Notes: generated by a model not told the origin, from the sequence alone. A stretch of DNA of 64,000 nucleotides from Elusimicrobiaceae bacterium (GCA_045605325.1 JAZUPU010000032.1:1506-65505), one strand, 5' to 3'; counted from the stretch's first letter, positions 36,948 through 50,200 are shown. Program-made: numbers and translations.

Positions 36948-37952
36948 TTATTTAATAATTCTAAATCTGTTTAAAGGCCAATGTAAGAGCCATGCCTTAC
37001 CTTTAATATTTTCTTTAGGAACAGGTCCCCAAAAGCGGGAATCGCAAGAAAAATCCCTATTATCGCCCATAGCAAAATATTGCCCTTCTGGCACAATTAC
37101 AGGACCAAAACTATCTCTTAAAGAAATACCGAAAAATTTCTCTAATTTACGATCTTCCCATAACTTTTGATATTCTTGTTCAGTCAAAGGATTTTCAATA
37201 TCTATCTTATCGTGTTCGGCAAAAATAGCATATTCTTGGGGGGGGAGTTCTTTATCATTTATATATATTGTCTGATTCTTTACTTCAACTTTTTCACCGG
37301 GCAAAGCAATAACTCTTTTAACAAAATCTCTACCATACTGTGGTTCGCCGCAATTTGATTGTTTTCTATCTTTTGCCGGAAATCTGAAAATAATAATATC
37401 ACCGCGGTTTACGTCGTGAAAATTAACAAAATTTTCCTTTACAAAAGGCAAGCGCATACCGTAATATGCTTTGTTTACAAAGAGATTATCGCCTTCAAGT
37501 AAAGTGTTCCTCATTGAAGCAGACGGTATTCTAAATGCCTGCAAGAAAAAGAACATAACTATTGATGCAAAAAAAGCGGCAAAATATATTGTTTGCGCCC
37601 AGTCCAAATTGAAGGCAATAATTTTATCTTTTGCCTGTTTATCTGCTTTTTTTGCCTTTATGTAGTTAAAATAAATATAACCTAAAGTAATTAGTATAAT
37701 TAAAGAAAATGTGCCTTTTGAAAGCCCAAAAGTTGCACCGTTTGACATCATAAAATTTAAAATATAGAAAACCAAAATGCCGGCAATTAATGCAAAAGAT
37801 GAATTCCACAAAGCAAATTTGGAATTATTTTCAAAACAATTTTTTTTGATAAAATACTTGGATATTTTATCAAAAGCAAATGCGACGACGGCAGTTATAA
37901 ATAAATGCTGTTCCATATAAATATTATAACATTTATTACAATAATTATGCAC
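36948..37952 (-). CDS. lepB: Signal peptidase I with a multi-TM N-terminal extension
   Basis: Motifs IPSASMRNTL (catalytic Ser), GDNLFVNK and GDNRDFSCDSRFWG. The start codon is uncertain (M1 or M13). Confidence 0.85.
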   Translation of the reverse strand: MHNYCNKCYNIYMEQHLFITAVVAFAFDKISKYFIKKNCFENNSKFALWNSSFALIAGILVFYILNFMMSNGATFGLSKGTFSLIILITLGYIYFNYIKAKKADKQAKDKIIAFNLDWAQTIYFAAFFASIVMFFFLQAFRIPSASMRNTLLEGDNLFVNKAYYGMRLPFVKENFVNFHDVNRGDIIIFRFPAKDRKQSNCGEPQYGRDFVKRVIALPGEKVEVKNQTIYINDKELPPQEYAIFAEHDKIDIENPLTEQEYQKLWEDRKLEKFFGISLRDSFGPVIVPEGQYFAMGDNRDFSCDSRFWGPVPKENIKGKAWLLHWPLNRFRIIK

Positions 37953-38054
37953 AATTTTTATAATTTTGGATAATTTTATAAAAAACTGTACTTTTTGCTA
38001 AAAAACTGCTAAAATTAAACTATATTTGATTTTTACATCAAAACCATACATAAG

Positions 38055-39422
38055 GTGCGGAAAGTGGAAAACAACGATATAAACGAAATTTGGGCTAAAT
38101 TACTGGAAAAGTTAGAAATAACTTTAGGTAAAGACACTTGCGATATGTGGCTTAAGCCCATGAAAATTGCGGAATTTAATGAAGGTGTTTTTAAACTTGA
38201 AGTTCCTAATAATGCTTGGCTTAAAACAATTAAAGACCGTTATGAAACTCCTATTTTACACGCTTTAACAGAAATTACAAATTTTCCTTGCACCGTTGAT
38301 TATATTATTCAAAAACAAGAAGAACCGCAGGTTTTTAAAGCACCTCCGATAGTTGTTCATCAAAATTACGGCAGGCAAACTTCTAGGGAAGAAAGTAAAC
38401 TTGATCCTCATTATACTTTTGAGGGTTTTATTGAAGGTCCTTCAAACCGATTTGCTTATAAAGCGTCTGAGGCAGTAGTAAAAAAAATCGGTAACCGTGC
38501 AAATAACCCTTTTGTAATTTTCAGTGCACCGGGGCTTGGTAAAACTCATCTTTTGCACGCTATCGGTAATGAACTTTTAAAAAATAACCCTTATGCAAAA
38601 GTTTTATATATGTCGGGAGAAGATTTTTTTACTCAATGTATAGACCATATGGCAAAAAAATCAACCACACCTTTCCATAAACAATATGAAAATATTGATT
38701 GTTTACTTATTGATGATATACAATTTTTAGTTGGTAAAAACAGATCTGAAGAAGAATTTTTTTATACCTTTAATTCCTTATTTAATAATCAAAAACAAAT
38801 TGTTTTAACTTGTGATAAAACACCAAACCAACTTGAATTCAGTGAGCGTTTATCTTCCCGCCTTTTAAGTGGAATTTCAGCCGAAATTAAACGCCCGGAT
38901 TTGGAAACAAGGATTGCAATTTTACGTCATAAAAGAGATTTAAATAATTATGATATTTCAGATGATGTTTTATCTTTTATAGCGCAAGGTGTACAGGCAA
39001 ATATTAGGGAACTTGAAGGGTGTTTATATCGTCTTACAGCTTTTGCAAGTATACACGGTGTAACAGCAACCGTTAATATAGCCAAAGAAGTTCTTGCTGA
39101 TATTATAAATTTAGATCAACAAAAATATAATATAAGTATTAATAAAATAAAACAAGTTGTTTGTAAACATTTTAAAGTCAATTTAGAGGACTTAAATTCT
39201 AAAAAGAAAAATAATTCTATTGCTTGGCCCAGACAAATTGCTATGTACCTTGCAACGGAATTAACATCTTTATCTTTACCTGAAATCGGGAGGGAATTCA
39301 ATAGGGACCATACCACAATTATTCACGCTAAAGAAAAGGTAAAAGAAGAAATTAAAAATAATACCTTTTTTATCCCTGTTATTAACTTGATAACAGAGGA
39401 AATAAAAGCTGGGGATAATTAA
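38055..39422 (+). CDS. dnaA: Chromosomal replication initiator DnaA
   Basis: 455 aa. Motifs GLGKTHLLHAIG, LLIDDIQFL, a sensor/box VII region and the domain IV motif DHTTIIHA. The start is GTG at 38055 or GTG at 38064. Confidence 0.95.
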   Translation: MRKVENNDINEIWAKLLEKLEITLGKDTCDMWLKPMKIAEFNEGVFKLEVPNNAWLKTIKDRYETPILHALTEITNFPCTVDYIIQKQEEPQVFKAPPIVVHQNYGRQTSREESKLDPHYTFEGFIEGPSNRFAYKASEAVVKKIGNRANNPFVIFSAPGLGKTHLLHAIGNELLKNNPYAKVLYMSGEDFFTQCIDHMAKKSTTPFHKQYENIDCLLIDDIQFLVGKNRSEEEFFYTFNSLFNNQKQIVLTCDKTPNQLEFSERLSSRLLSGISAEIKRPDLETRIAILRHKRDLNNYDISDDVLSFIAQGVQANIRELEGCLYRLTAFASIHGVTATVNIAKEVLADIINLDQQKYNISINKIKQVVCKHFKVNLEDLNSKKKNNSIAWPRQIAMYLATELTSLSLPEIGREFNRDHTTIIHAKEKVKEEIKNNTFFIPVINLITEEIKAGDN

Positions 39423-39565
39423 ATATTTTTTGTGTATAAATTTTTTATTTGTGGATATTGTGGATGAATTTTAAAATCTATTAACAAATTATAAAATAAA
39501 TTTGTATAGTAAATTAACATTTATCCACTAAATTCACAGAACAATATAATAATAAGGATAATAAT
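39423..39565. other. Probable oriC (DnaA-box cluster + AT-rich region) in the dnaA-dnaN spacer
   Basis: Four one-mismatch DnaA boxes: TGTGtATAA 39431-39439, TGTGGATAt 39450-39458, TGTGGATgA 39459-39467 and TTATCCACt 39521-39529. The region is more than 80% AT. The coding-strand switch is nearby. Confidence 0.6.
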
Positions 39566-40675
39566 ATGAAAATTAATATTACTAAAGAAAAATTCTCTGA
39601 AGGTATACAAATTATACAATCATCAGTTGGCGGCAGAACTACTTTACCTATATTATTTAACTTTTTGATAGAAGCCCAAGATGGTACTATTAAATTAACC
39701 CGTACTGATATGGAAATGGCTATTATTCATACTTTTAAAGCTGAAGTTATTGAAAATGGTTCTTTAACAGTACCTTTAAAAGATCTTTCAGATATATTAA
39801 AAAATTTACCCTCAGGTAAAGAAATTGTTTTGGAAAGTGATGAAGATAATAAATTACATATTAAAAGCGGACGTTCAAAATTTTGGCTTATAGGTACACC
39901 TAAATCAGAATATCCTATTATTCCGGAAATTGAAAAAAATCAGTCATTTTCAATTAAGGCATTAAAGTTAAAGGAAATGATAGAAAAAACAATATTTTCC
40001 GCTTCTACACAAGAAACTCGTTATGTTTTAAACGGTTTACTTTGGAATAATACTAAAGAAAAATTTGAAGTTGTTTCAACTGACGGCCGCCGTTTGGCTT
40101 TATGTTTAAACCCTGTTTTAGAAGGTGTTAATGAATTTAAAATTATTGTTCCAAGCAAAATTTTAAACGAGGTCTTAAAACTTACCGGTTTGAATAAATT
40201 TAAAGAAGATGAAGTTATAGATGTTACAACTTCTGCAAATCAAATAAGTTTTAAAATAAAAGATACTGTTTTAATTTCCCGTTTAATAGAAGGTAATTTT
40301 CCAAACTATGAACAAGTTATTCCGGCAAAAAAGAATATTACCTTTTTAGCAGAGACATCAAGTATTTTATCTTCTACAAAAAGTGCTGCTGTTTGTGCCG
40401 GTGATTTAGGCGGAACGGTAAAATATCAATTAACCGAAAATAATATTTTAATTACGGCAAATTCTTCAAAAATGTCCTTTTCAGATGAAGTTAAAGTTAA
40501 TTATAGCGGCGAAGATTTTGAAACTTCTTTTAACCCGCAATATTTAATAGATGTATTAAAAAATATTGATACGGATAAAGTTAATTTTTCCTTTGTAAAT
40601 GCTACACAACCCGTATTAATAGAACCGGAAGGTAATACAAACTATAAATATATTATTATGCCTGTAAGGGTTTAA
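39566..40675 (+). CDS. dnaN: DNA polymerase III beta sliding clamp
   Basis: 369 aa with three-domain clamp length and motifs. Lies directly after dnaA. Confidence 0.93.
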   Translation: MKINITKEKFSEGIQIIQSSVGGRTTLPILFNFLIEAQDGTIKLTRTDMEMAIIHTFKAEVIENGSLTVPLKDLSDILKNLPSGKEIVLESDEDNKLHIKSGRSKFWLIGTPKSEYPIIPEIEKNQSFSIKALKLKEMIEKTIFSASTQETRYVLNGLLWNNTKEKFEVVSTDGRRLALCLNPVLEGVNEFKIIVPSKILNEVLKLTGLNKFKEDEVIDVTTSANQISFKIKDTVLISRLIEGNFPNYEQVIPAKKNITFLAETSSILSSTKSAAVCAGDLGGTVKYQLTENNILITANSSKMSFSDEVKVNYSGEDFETSFNPQYLIDVLKNIDTDKVNFSFVNATQPVLIEPEGNTNYKYIIMPVRV

Positions 40676-40966
40676 ATGAAAATAAAAAAAGAATTTAGTT
40701 GGCATAGTGCTTCTGAGGTAACAAAACAATACAGCCGTTTAAATTTAAAATTAAATAATTTAATTTTACTTGATAATATTTGGCCTATTGTTTTAAAAAA
40801 TAAAGCAAAATTTTGGGAGCTTGATGCCGTACAAGGCGGAAATATTTTTGTAAAAGTTAAATCATCAACAGCGCGTCATGAACTTTTACTTAAAGAACAA
40901 GAAATAATTAAAGAATTGAATAAAAAATTTTCCAAACCTTGGATAAAAAAAATTTTAATTAAATAA
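40676..40966 (+). CDS. DUF721 (DciA-like) small protein
   Basis: 96 aa. Lies between dnaN and gyrB, where DUF721 genes are typically found. Motif W..IVG/LKNKA...V..G.L.V.V.SS..R.EL. Confidence 0.65.
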   Translation: MKIKKEFSWHSASEVTKQYSRLNLKLNNLILLDNIWPIVLKNKAKFWELDAVQGGNIFVKVKSSTARHELLLKEQEIIKELNKKFSKPWIKKILIK

Positions 40967-43447
<2,481 letters not shown>

Positions 43448-43455
43448 GAGTTTTT

Positions 43456-45984
43456 ATGACAGATAATACTAACAATCAAACAAATTCCACAGAATTATTT
43501 GACCAAATACACCAGCGCGATATCGGCGAGGAAATGCGTAATTCCTATATTGATTACGCAATGAGTGTTATTATAGGGCGTGCTTTGCCGGATGCAAGAG
43601 ACGGTTTAAAACCTGTACACCGCCGCATTTTATATGCAATGCAGGAAATGGGTTTAAAATATAATAAACCGTTTAAGAAATCTGCGCGTGTAGTCGGTGA
43701 TGTTTTGGGTAAATACCATCCGCACGGGGATAGTTCAGTTTATGATGCTTTAGTTCGTATGGCACAAAATTTTTCAATAAGAAATACCCTTGTTAACGGG
43801 CAAGGAAACTTTGGTTCTATTGATGGTGATAGCCCAGCTGCTATGCGTTATACCGAAGTCCGCTTAAATCATATTGCCGATGAACTTTTAGAAGATTTAG
43901 ATAAAGATACAGTTAAATTTGTTCCGAACTACGACGGTTCTTTAATGGAACCGGCAGTTTTACCTGCAAAAATGCCGCAACTTTTAGTTAACGGTTCAAA
44001 CGGTATCGCGGTAGGTATGGCAACAAATATTCCTACACATAACTTAGCAGAAATTTGCGATGGTATCATTGCTTTGATTAAGAACCCTGCAATTTCTACA
44101 AAAGAAATGATGCAAATTGTCAAAGGGCCGGACTTCCCTACCGGCGGTATTTTACGCGGTACAAAAGGTGTTTATGATTATTTTGAATCCGGCCGCGGTT
44201 CTTTAAAAATTCAAGCCCGTGCCGAGATTGAGGAAATCAAAGGAGGTCGTGAAGCAATTATCGTAACTGAAATTCCTTATCAAGTTAATAAAACTGTTTT
44301 AATTGAGACAATTGCCGGCCTTGTTAAAGATAAAAAGATTACAGAAATTTCAGATATTCGCGATGAATCAGACCGCCGCGGTATGCGCCTTGTAATTGAA
44401 CTTAAACGCGAGGCAACCGGTCAAGTTGTATTAAACCAATTATTTAAACATACACAGCTTCAAACATCTTTTGGTGTAAATATGCTTGCTATTGTTGACG
44501 GTAAACCACGCGTTTTGAGTATGAAAGAAGCAATGCGCCAATATATCCGCCACCGTCAAGAAGTTATTACAAACAGAACGCGCTTTGATTTAAATAAGGC
44601 ATTAAAACGTTCCCACATTTTAGACGGTTTACTTTTGGCAATCGCAAATTTGGATGAAGTTGTTGCTATTATTCGTAAGTCAAAAGATGCTGCAGAAGCC
44701 CGCATTAATTTAATGGCGCGCTTTAAATTTACAGAGCCGCAAGCCCAAGCAATTTTGGATATGCGCTTGCATCAACTTACACAATTATCCTCTATTGCAA
44801 TTGAGCAAGAACAAAAGGACTTAAAAGCATTAATAACTGAACTTCAAGACATTTTAGGTAATCCGCAAAAGATTTTAGACATTATTGTTGATGAACTTAC
44901 CAAAATGAAAAAGGACTATGGTGATGAACGCCGTACAGAAATTTCAACAGATGTTACGGATTTCTCAATAGAAGATTTTATTGAGGAAGAAGAAGTTGTT
45001 ATTACACTTTCCCACGGTGGTTATGCAAAACGCATCCCGCTTGACACTTACCGTTCGCAGAACCGCGGCGGTAAAGGGATTATCGGCGGCAAAACAAAAG
45101 AGGAAGATTTTATTGAACATCTTTTTGTAACATCAAGCCACGCAACTATTTTGATGTTTACGAACCGCGGTAGAGTTTTTGCCTTAAAGGCGTATGAAAT
45201 ACCTGAAGGTAACCGCCAAGGTAAAGGTAAGGCAATTGTTAATATGCTCCAAATTTCCGGGGAAGAAAAGGTAACCTCTGCTGTTGCGTTTAAGGATTTT
45301 GACCCCAAAAATGCAGGGGAAACTTACCTTACAATGTGTACCCGTTTCGGTACTATGAAACGCGTTGGTTTGGAAAACTTTGCAAATATACGCCGTAAAG
45401 GTATCATTGCAATAGGTTTAGATGAAGGCGATGTTTTGGTTTCCGTACAAGAAACACACGGTAAATCAGATATTATTGTTGCCACAAAGAACGGTAAATC
45501 CATCCGCTTTGATGAAAACCAAATTCGCAGTATGGGTCGCGCCGCATGCGGTGTAAGGTCAATACGCCTTGGAGAGGGTGATGTCGTAATCGGTATGGAA
45601 CATTCCGAAAGGGATGGAGAGCAACCGGATGTTTTATCCGTATGTGAAAACGGTTACGGTAAACGCACCGCCTTTAGCGAATACAAATCACAACGCCGCG
45701 GCGGTATGGGTGTTATAACTATTAAAACAAGTGAAAGAAACGGCAAAGTTGTAGGTATCAAATTAGTTGATGAATCAAAGGACTTAATGGTTATTACCGA
45801 AAAGGGTATGGCAATCCGTATCCGCTGTGAAGAAATACGCTCTGTGGGTAGGAATACTCAAGGAGTGCGTTTAGTAAAACTTGACGAAGGGGATAAGATT
45901 GCAAAAGTAACCCCCGTAGTTAAGGAAGAAGAAGAGAAAGGAAAGCAAGATCTTTCTTTAGAAGAAAAAACACAAACTAAATAA
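43456..45984 (+). CDS. gyrA: DNA gyrase subunit A
   Basis: 842 aa. Motif AAMRYTE (catalytic Tyr), QRDR-like [15 protein letters not shown] and C-terminal beta-pinwheel repeats. Confidence 0.97.
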   Translation: MTDNTNNQTNSTELFDQIHQRDIGEEMRNSYIDYAMSVIIGRALPDARDGLKPVHRRILYAMQEMGLKYNKPFKKSARVVGDVLGKYHPHGDSSVYDALVRMAQNFSIRNTLVNGQGNFGSIDGDSPAAMRYTEVRLNHIADELLEDLDKDTVKFVPNYDGSLMEPAVLPAKMPQLLVNGSNGIAVGMATNIPTHNLAEICDGIIALIKNPAISTKEMMQIVKGPDFPTGGILRGTKGVYDYFESGRGSLKIQARAEIEEIKGGREAIIVTEIPYQVNKTVLIETIAGLVKDKKITEISDIRDESDRRGMRLVIELKREATGQVVLNQLFKHTQLQTSFGVNMLAIVDGKPRVLSMKEAMRQYIRHRQEVITNRTRFDLNKALKRSHILDGLLLAIANLDEVVAIIRKSKDAAEARINLMARFKFTEPQAQAILDMRLHQLTQLSSIAIEQEQKDLKALITELQDILGNPQKILDIIVDELTKMKKDYGDERRTEISTDVTDFSIEDFIEEEEVVITLSHGGYAKRIPLDTYRSQNRGGKGIIGGKTKEEDFIEHLFVTSSHATILMFTNRGRVFALKAYEIPEGNRQGKGKAIVNMLQISGEEKVTSAVAFKDFDPKNAGETYLTMCTRFGTMKRVGLENFANIRRKGIIAIGLDEGDVLVSVQETHGKSDIIVATKNGKSIRFDENQIRSMGRAACGVRSIRLGEGDVVIGMEHSERDGEQPDVLSVCENGYGKRTAFSEYKSQRRGGMGVITIKTSERNGKVVGIKLVDESKDLMVITEKGMAIRIRCEEIRSVGRNTQGVRLVKLDEGDKIAKVTPVVKEEEEKGKQDLSLEEKTQTK

Positions 45985-46033
45985 AATATTTTGCGCCGCT
46001 CTTTAAAGGGCGGCGCATAATTAAAAGGTATTT

Positions 46034-46258
46034 ATGGAAAAACAAATTATAGCTTTAATTCAAAAAATCCGCCCTGCTTTGCAAGCAGACGGCGGTGATG
46101 TGGAATTCGTTTCTTTTGACGAAAAAACCGGCATTGTAAAGGTTAAATTACAAGGGGCTTGCTCCGGATGCCCGATGGCAACAATGACAATCAAAAACGG
46201 AATAGAGGCATTTTTAAAAGAAAGTATCCCCCAAGTAACTGCGGTTGAAAGGGTTTAA
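46034..46258 (+). CDS. NifU C-terminal-domain (Nfu-type) Fe-S cluster protein
   Basis: 74 aa. Motif DGGDVEFV...GACSGCPMA. Confidence 0.8.
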   Translation: MEKQIIALIQKIRPALQADGGDVEFVSFDEKTGIVKVKLQGACSGCPMATMTIKNGIEAFLKESIPQVTAVERV

Positions 46259-47067
46259 TGCCGATAATTGATTTACATTCCCACTCCAGATATTCAGACG
46301 GTGCGGTAAGTATTGCAGAGTTGTTATATACTTACAGCAAAGCCGGGGTGGAAATGATGTCTTTAACTGATCACGATTGTATTTTAGGTCTTGAAGAAGC
46401 CCGCACTAAAGCTGCAAGATATAATATTCTTTTTGTTAACGGTGTGGAAATCAGCACTTGCGATCACGATAATTTACACTTTGTCGGTTATAACTTTGAC
46501 CCGCAAAATCCCGCTTTACTTAAATTGCTTGAAAATAATGCTGCAATGCGGCTTGAGCGCGTAAAAAAAACAATCAAACTCTTGCAAGAAAATAAAATTA
46601 AAATAAGGGAAGACGAAGTTTTGCAAATTGCAAAAGGTGTTTCTTCCCGCGCACATGTTGCCGATTGTTTACGTCGGCACCGTTTAGGTTATATGCGCTC
46701 TGATATCTTTAAAAAATATTTAGGTAAAGGTTGTATAGCATATGTTCCGCCTATGGCAGCAACAGTTAAAGAAACTATTGATACAATAAAACAAGCCGGT
46801 GGTAAATGTTTTATTGCACATCCCGGTCTTGTAAAGGAATATTGGGATTTTGAAAAGTGGGCTTCTTGGGGGCTTGACGGCATAGAAGTTTATTACCCTT
46901 CACACCGCGAAGCAATGCGCGAGGAACTTTTGCAAATCGCAAAAAAATATAATTTGCTTGTTTCCGGCGGTTCTGATTTTCACGGCAATATTGCCGGGCG
47001 TATGCTTGTTCCGGGGCGTGAAGTTCCGCAAGAAGTTTACGATAAATTATATTCAACTTTCTTTTAA
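46258..47067 (+). CDS. PHP-domain metal-dependent phosphoesterase (TrpH/YciV-like)
   Basis: Motif DLHSHSRYSDG, with downstream H/D ligands (LTDHD, AHPG, GGSDFHG). Confidence 0.75.
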   Translation: MPIIDLHSHSRYSDGAVSIAELLYTYSKAGVEMMSLTDHDCILGLEEARTKAARYNILFVNGVEISTCDHDNLHFVGYNFDPQNPALLKLLENNAAMRLERVKKTIKLLQENKIKIREDEVLQIAKGVSSRAHVADCLRRHRLGYMRSDIFKKYLGKGCIAYVPPMAATVKETIDTIKQAGGKCFIAHPGLVKEYWDFEKWASWGLDGIEVYYPSHREAMREELLQIAKKYNLLVSGGSDFHGNIAGRMLVPGREVPQEVYDKLYSTFF

Positions 47068-47069
47068 TT

Positions 47070-47747
47070 ATGTTAATAATTGCACATCGTGGGGCAAGTG
47101 CCTACGCTAAAGAAAACACATTAGAATCTTTTAACTTGGCATTTAAACTAGGTTCAACTTGGCTTGAAACAGATATTCAACGCTCTAAAGACGGCGTACT
47201 TGTTTTATATCACGATTACAATTTTAAAAACGGTAAACAAATTAAGGACCGCAGTTACGATTATTTAAAAAAATTTAATATTCCCACACTTGCCGATTTA
47301 CTAAAAATTACACCGAAAAATTTTACTTTAAATTTAGAAATAAAAAATGATAATAATATTTATCCAGACATTGAAACCCAAATTTTAGCGGAAATTACAA
47401 AAGCAAAAAATATTAACCAAAACCAAATTTTAATTTCTTCTTTTGATGTCCCTACTTTACAAAAAATTCGTGCTTTAGATAAACAAATAAATATCGGTGT
47501 TTTGACACGTAATTTTGAAGTAAAAACACCCCTTTCTTTAAAAGCGAAAAGTGTAAATATAAGTGCAAAAAGAGTAACAAAAAAATTTATTGAAATTTGC
47601 CATAAAAATAATTTAAAAGTTTTAGTTTATACCGTTAATGATTTACAAACTTACCACAAACTTCAAGCTTGGAAAGTTGACGGAATTTTCAGTGATAATC
47701 CTGTTTTAAACTGCCCTAATTTTTTTGCCGTTGGCTGCACAGAATAA
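47070..47747 (+). CDS. Glycerophosphodiester phosphodiesterase family protein
   Basis: Motif IAHRGAS..A.ENTL.SF ... ETDIQ.SKDG..V..HD is typical of GDPD enzymes. Confidence 0.8.
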   Translation: MLIIAHRGASAYAKENTLESFNLAFKLGSTWLETDIQRSKDGVLVLYHDYNFKNGKQIKDRSYDYLKKFNIPTLADLLKITPKNFTLNLEIKNDNNIYPDIETQILAEITKAKNINQNQILISSFDVPTLQKIRALDKQINIGVLTRNFEVKTPLSLKAKSVNISAKRVTKKFIEICHKNNLKVLVYTVNDLQTYHKLQAWKVDGIFSDNPVLNCPNFFAVGCTE

Positions 47748-47814
47748 TTAACATTTTATTTAACAACCAAAAATTCCCTGATATAAAGTCAATTTTACGA
47801 CAATAAAATTTCGC

Positions 47815-47843
47815 TTGACTATTTTTTTTTTTTTTTCTAAAAT
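47815..47843 (+). promoter_or_regulatory. Sigma70-like promoter of pilin paralog 2 with a T15 tract in the spacer (17-bp spacer)
   Basis: TTGACT (47815-47820)-a-T15 (47822-47836)-c-TAAAAT (47838-47843). Confidence 0.6.
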
Positions 47844-47893
47844 ATATATGTAGCGAAATTAAAAACACTGTATAAATTAATTTGGGGACATTT

Positions 47894-48433
47894 ATGAAAG
47901 GAATAAAGAAAGGTAACAAAGGTTTTACATTACTTGAATTATTAGTAGTTATTTTAATTATCGGGATTTTAGCTGCAATTGCCTTACCGCAATATAGGCG
48001 CGCAAAAGAAAAATCAGAAGCTAGTGAATTATTAATAAACGTTAAAGCATTACACGAAGCGCAACAAAGATATTATTTAGCAAACGGAACATTTGCAACA
48101 AATTTTGATGATTTAGATATTAATTTAAGTGGTTATGAAAGGGGTGGTTGCGAAGATTTTGAGACATTTCACAATAAAAATGATTGTCTTTCAAATAATA
48201 AAAACATAATTTTTATTCAGAACGATGGTGCAAATTTAATTTCTCTACGAAAAACAGGGAAATATCAAAAGTCAGGATTTTCATTTAGGGAAATTGTTAC
48301 TGATGCCCGTCCGGAAAACAAATTACTTTGTTATGAATATAATATGAGTGGTTTTTGTTCCGAGTTATTAAAGTGCGATTCAATAGTATATGTGCCTAAT
48401 AATATAAATGGTTTTTACTCTTGTAACCTTTAA
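47894..48433 (+). CDS. Prepilin-type N-terminal methylation-domain protein (pilin/pseudopilin-like), paralog 2
   Basis: Sequence MKGIKKGNKGFTLLELLVVILIIGILAAIALPQYRRAKEKSEASELL. The ATG at 47894 is preferred over the upstream non-ATG start of the ORF track. Confidence 0.85.
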   Translation: MKGIKKGNKGFTLLELLVVILIIGILAAIALPQYRRAKEKSEASELLINVKALHEAQQRYYLANGTFATNFDDLDINLSGYERGGCEDFETFHNKNDCLSNNKNIIFIQNDGANLISLRKTGKYQKSGFSFREIVTDARPENKLLCYEYNMSGFCSELLKCDSIVYVPNNINGFYSCNL

Positions 48434-49902
48434 AACTCAAAAGAATAAATTCTGGTTTCAAAAGGTTTTAGAGAAACAGGCAAACCGCCGTCTTGCTTAA
48501 AGGCAGATATAGGCAATTCGTTAACAATATTTGAAAGTTCTTCGGTAAATCTGATTTGCTCTTTGCTCGTTTTTGGGAATTTATCAGCATTAATTTTAAA
48601 ATTTGACGGTTTATCGCTGTAATTAATAAAAACAAATTTACAGCAAGTGCTTTGAATCCAAATCCAAGCCAAAATATTTTTAAAAGTTAAATCATCTTTG
48701 CTGACGGCACCAATCGGCTTTAAAGACCATTGACCGCCGTGAAAGCAGGGATCATTTATAACACGTAAAAATTTTTCATAAAATGCAACTACTTTTAAAT
48801 CTTTTTCTTCTTTTGGGATATATTGAATTGGATACCTAACCGTTGCACCGTAAATTTGTTTTAATGTAAACAAACGGGCACCTTCAATAGTATAACAAGC
48901 GGCTGCTGCAGCACGGGACTTTTCTGCCCCGAAGGCCTTTATCGGCATTTCTTCGTCGTGATTTGATATAAAACGGAGTGAGCGTTTTTGATATAAATGT
49001 TCCGCATTCAAATGCCCTTGAATATCTTGTGCGTTGGAAAGTAGTAAGCGGTCATATAAAGTTTTATCATAAGTATAATCAAAACCCATTTCCTGCACTT
49101 CCCAATCAAGCCCCCAATAAACTTCGGCAAGAAAGGTAAAATAATTATTTTTTTCTTTAATTTCTTTGATTGCTTTAGGCCAAAATTCTTCTTGCGGTTG
49201 AGGGCTGTCAAGATACATTTTCCAAGTTTCCGCAAAGACCTTGTTAAGCATCAACATAACCATATCGCAACGTAAGCCATCACATAAAGTAAAAAGATAT
49301 TTCAAAATATTATTTAAAAATTCGCGCGTTTTTGGGTTAAATAAATTTAATTGTGCGGTATCGCTCCACGAATAAAAATGCGGATCCCTTCCATGTGCGA
49401 AATATTGACCGTTAGGACCTTTAAAAAATAAACCTTCTTCCTGTGGTTTAATACCCGGTTTGCTTATAAAATATTCCGGATTAGTTTTTAAATAAGGTGT
49501 ATCACAAGAAAGATGATTGCCGGCAAAATCTAAAATTAATTTTACGCCTAAATCATTAAGACGGTTTTTAAGGGATAATAATGCCGCTTCCCCGCCAAAA
49601 TCCGGGTTAACTTTATAATCGTAAATTGCGTATAAAGAGGGACCAATATCTTTAATGTCAAAATCAGGTTTAACTTTGGCAAGATAATTTAAAATGTCTG
49701 GGTGATTTCTTGCAATTTCGGCACTTGCCGGGCTTTGTTGCCAAACACCCATAAGCCATAAAGCATCAAAACCGAAATACTTAATTTCTTCTAAATAACT
49801 TTGCGGAACGTCGGCAAGAGTTATTTTTTTGCCTAACTCTTTTGAAAATTTATTTAGCCAAAGTTGTGTGTTTACTTCTAAAATATGTGGATTTTTACGC
49901 AT
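48430..49902 (-). CDS. GH13-family alpha-amylase-like glycoside hydrolase
   Basis: The four GH13 regions are present: DFAGNH, GLRCDMVML, EVYW and FISNHDE. 490 aa with no signal peptide. Confidence 0.75.
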   Translation of the reverse strand: MRKNPHILEVNTQLWLNKFSKELGKKITLADVPQSYLEEIKYFGFDALWLMGVWQQSPASAEIARNHPDILNYLAKVKPDFDIKDIGPSLYAIYDYKVNPDFGGEAALLSLKNRLNDLGVKLILDFAGNHLSCDTPYLKTNPEYFISKPGIKPQEEGLFFKGPNGQYFAHGRDPHFYSWSDTAQLNLFNPKTREFLNNILKYLFTLCDGLRCDMVMLMLNKVFAETWKMYLDSPQPQEEFWPKAIKEIKEKNNYFTFLAEVYWGLDWEVQEMGFDYTYDKTLYDRLLLSNAQDIQGHLNAEHLYQKRSLRFISNHDEEMPIKAFGAEKSRAAAAACYTIEGARLFTLKQIYGATVRYPIQYIPKEEKDLKVVAFYEKFLRVINDPCFHGGQWSLKPIGAVSKDDLTFKNILAWIWIQSTCCKFVFINYSDKPSNFKINADKFPKTSKEQIRFTEELSNIVNELPISAFKQDGGLPVSLKPFETRIYSFEF

Positions 49903-49984
49903 ACTTTCCCCTGTTCCCCTAGAATAGTATAACTATTTAAAAGCAAAAAAGCAAGAGGAGAATATGAAGTTCGGTTTTGTTGTT

Positions 49985-50115
49985 TTGTGCTGTCTGCGTC
50001 TTTTTAATAAATTTTGATTTTTTAGCTCCTAAAGTACCGAGAGTCGCTTTTCTCCCGTTCTTCTTGGTACTTGTCGTCGTAGTAAAAATCAAAATTTCCT
50101 CAAAATACTTGCCGG
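49985..50115 (-). repeat. MITE/REP-like palindromic repeat, family 1 (copy d, inverted)
   Basis: The reverse complement reads ccggcaagtattttgaggaaattttgatttttactacgacgacaagtaccaagaagaacgggag...ctcggtactttaggagctaaaaaatcaaaattt. Confidence 0.7.
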
Positions 50116-50200
50116 TTGTTACTTATGGTTTGTCTTTATTGACAGACAAAAACTTTTTTAATATAATTTTTCGGTAGCTATTTTTTAAAAGGGGTTATTT

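Noticed and set aside
49964-50017. 17-aa ORF (MKFGFVVLCCLRLFNKF) with a GAGGAG SD upstream of the family-1 repeat
   Set aside because: It runs into the repeat and ends in its terminus (TTTTGA). The sequence overlaps the extended flank of the repeat family, so it is most likely fortuitous or a gene remnant.
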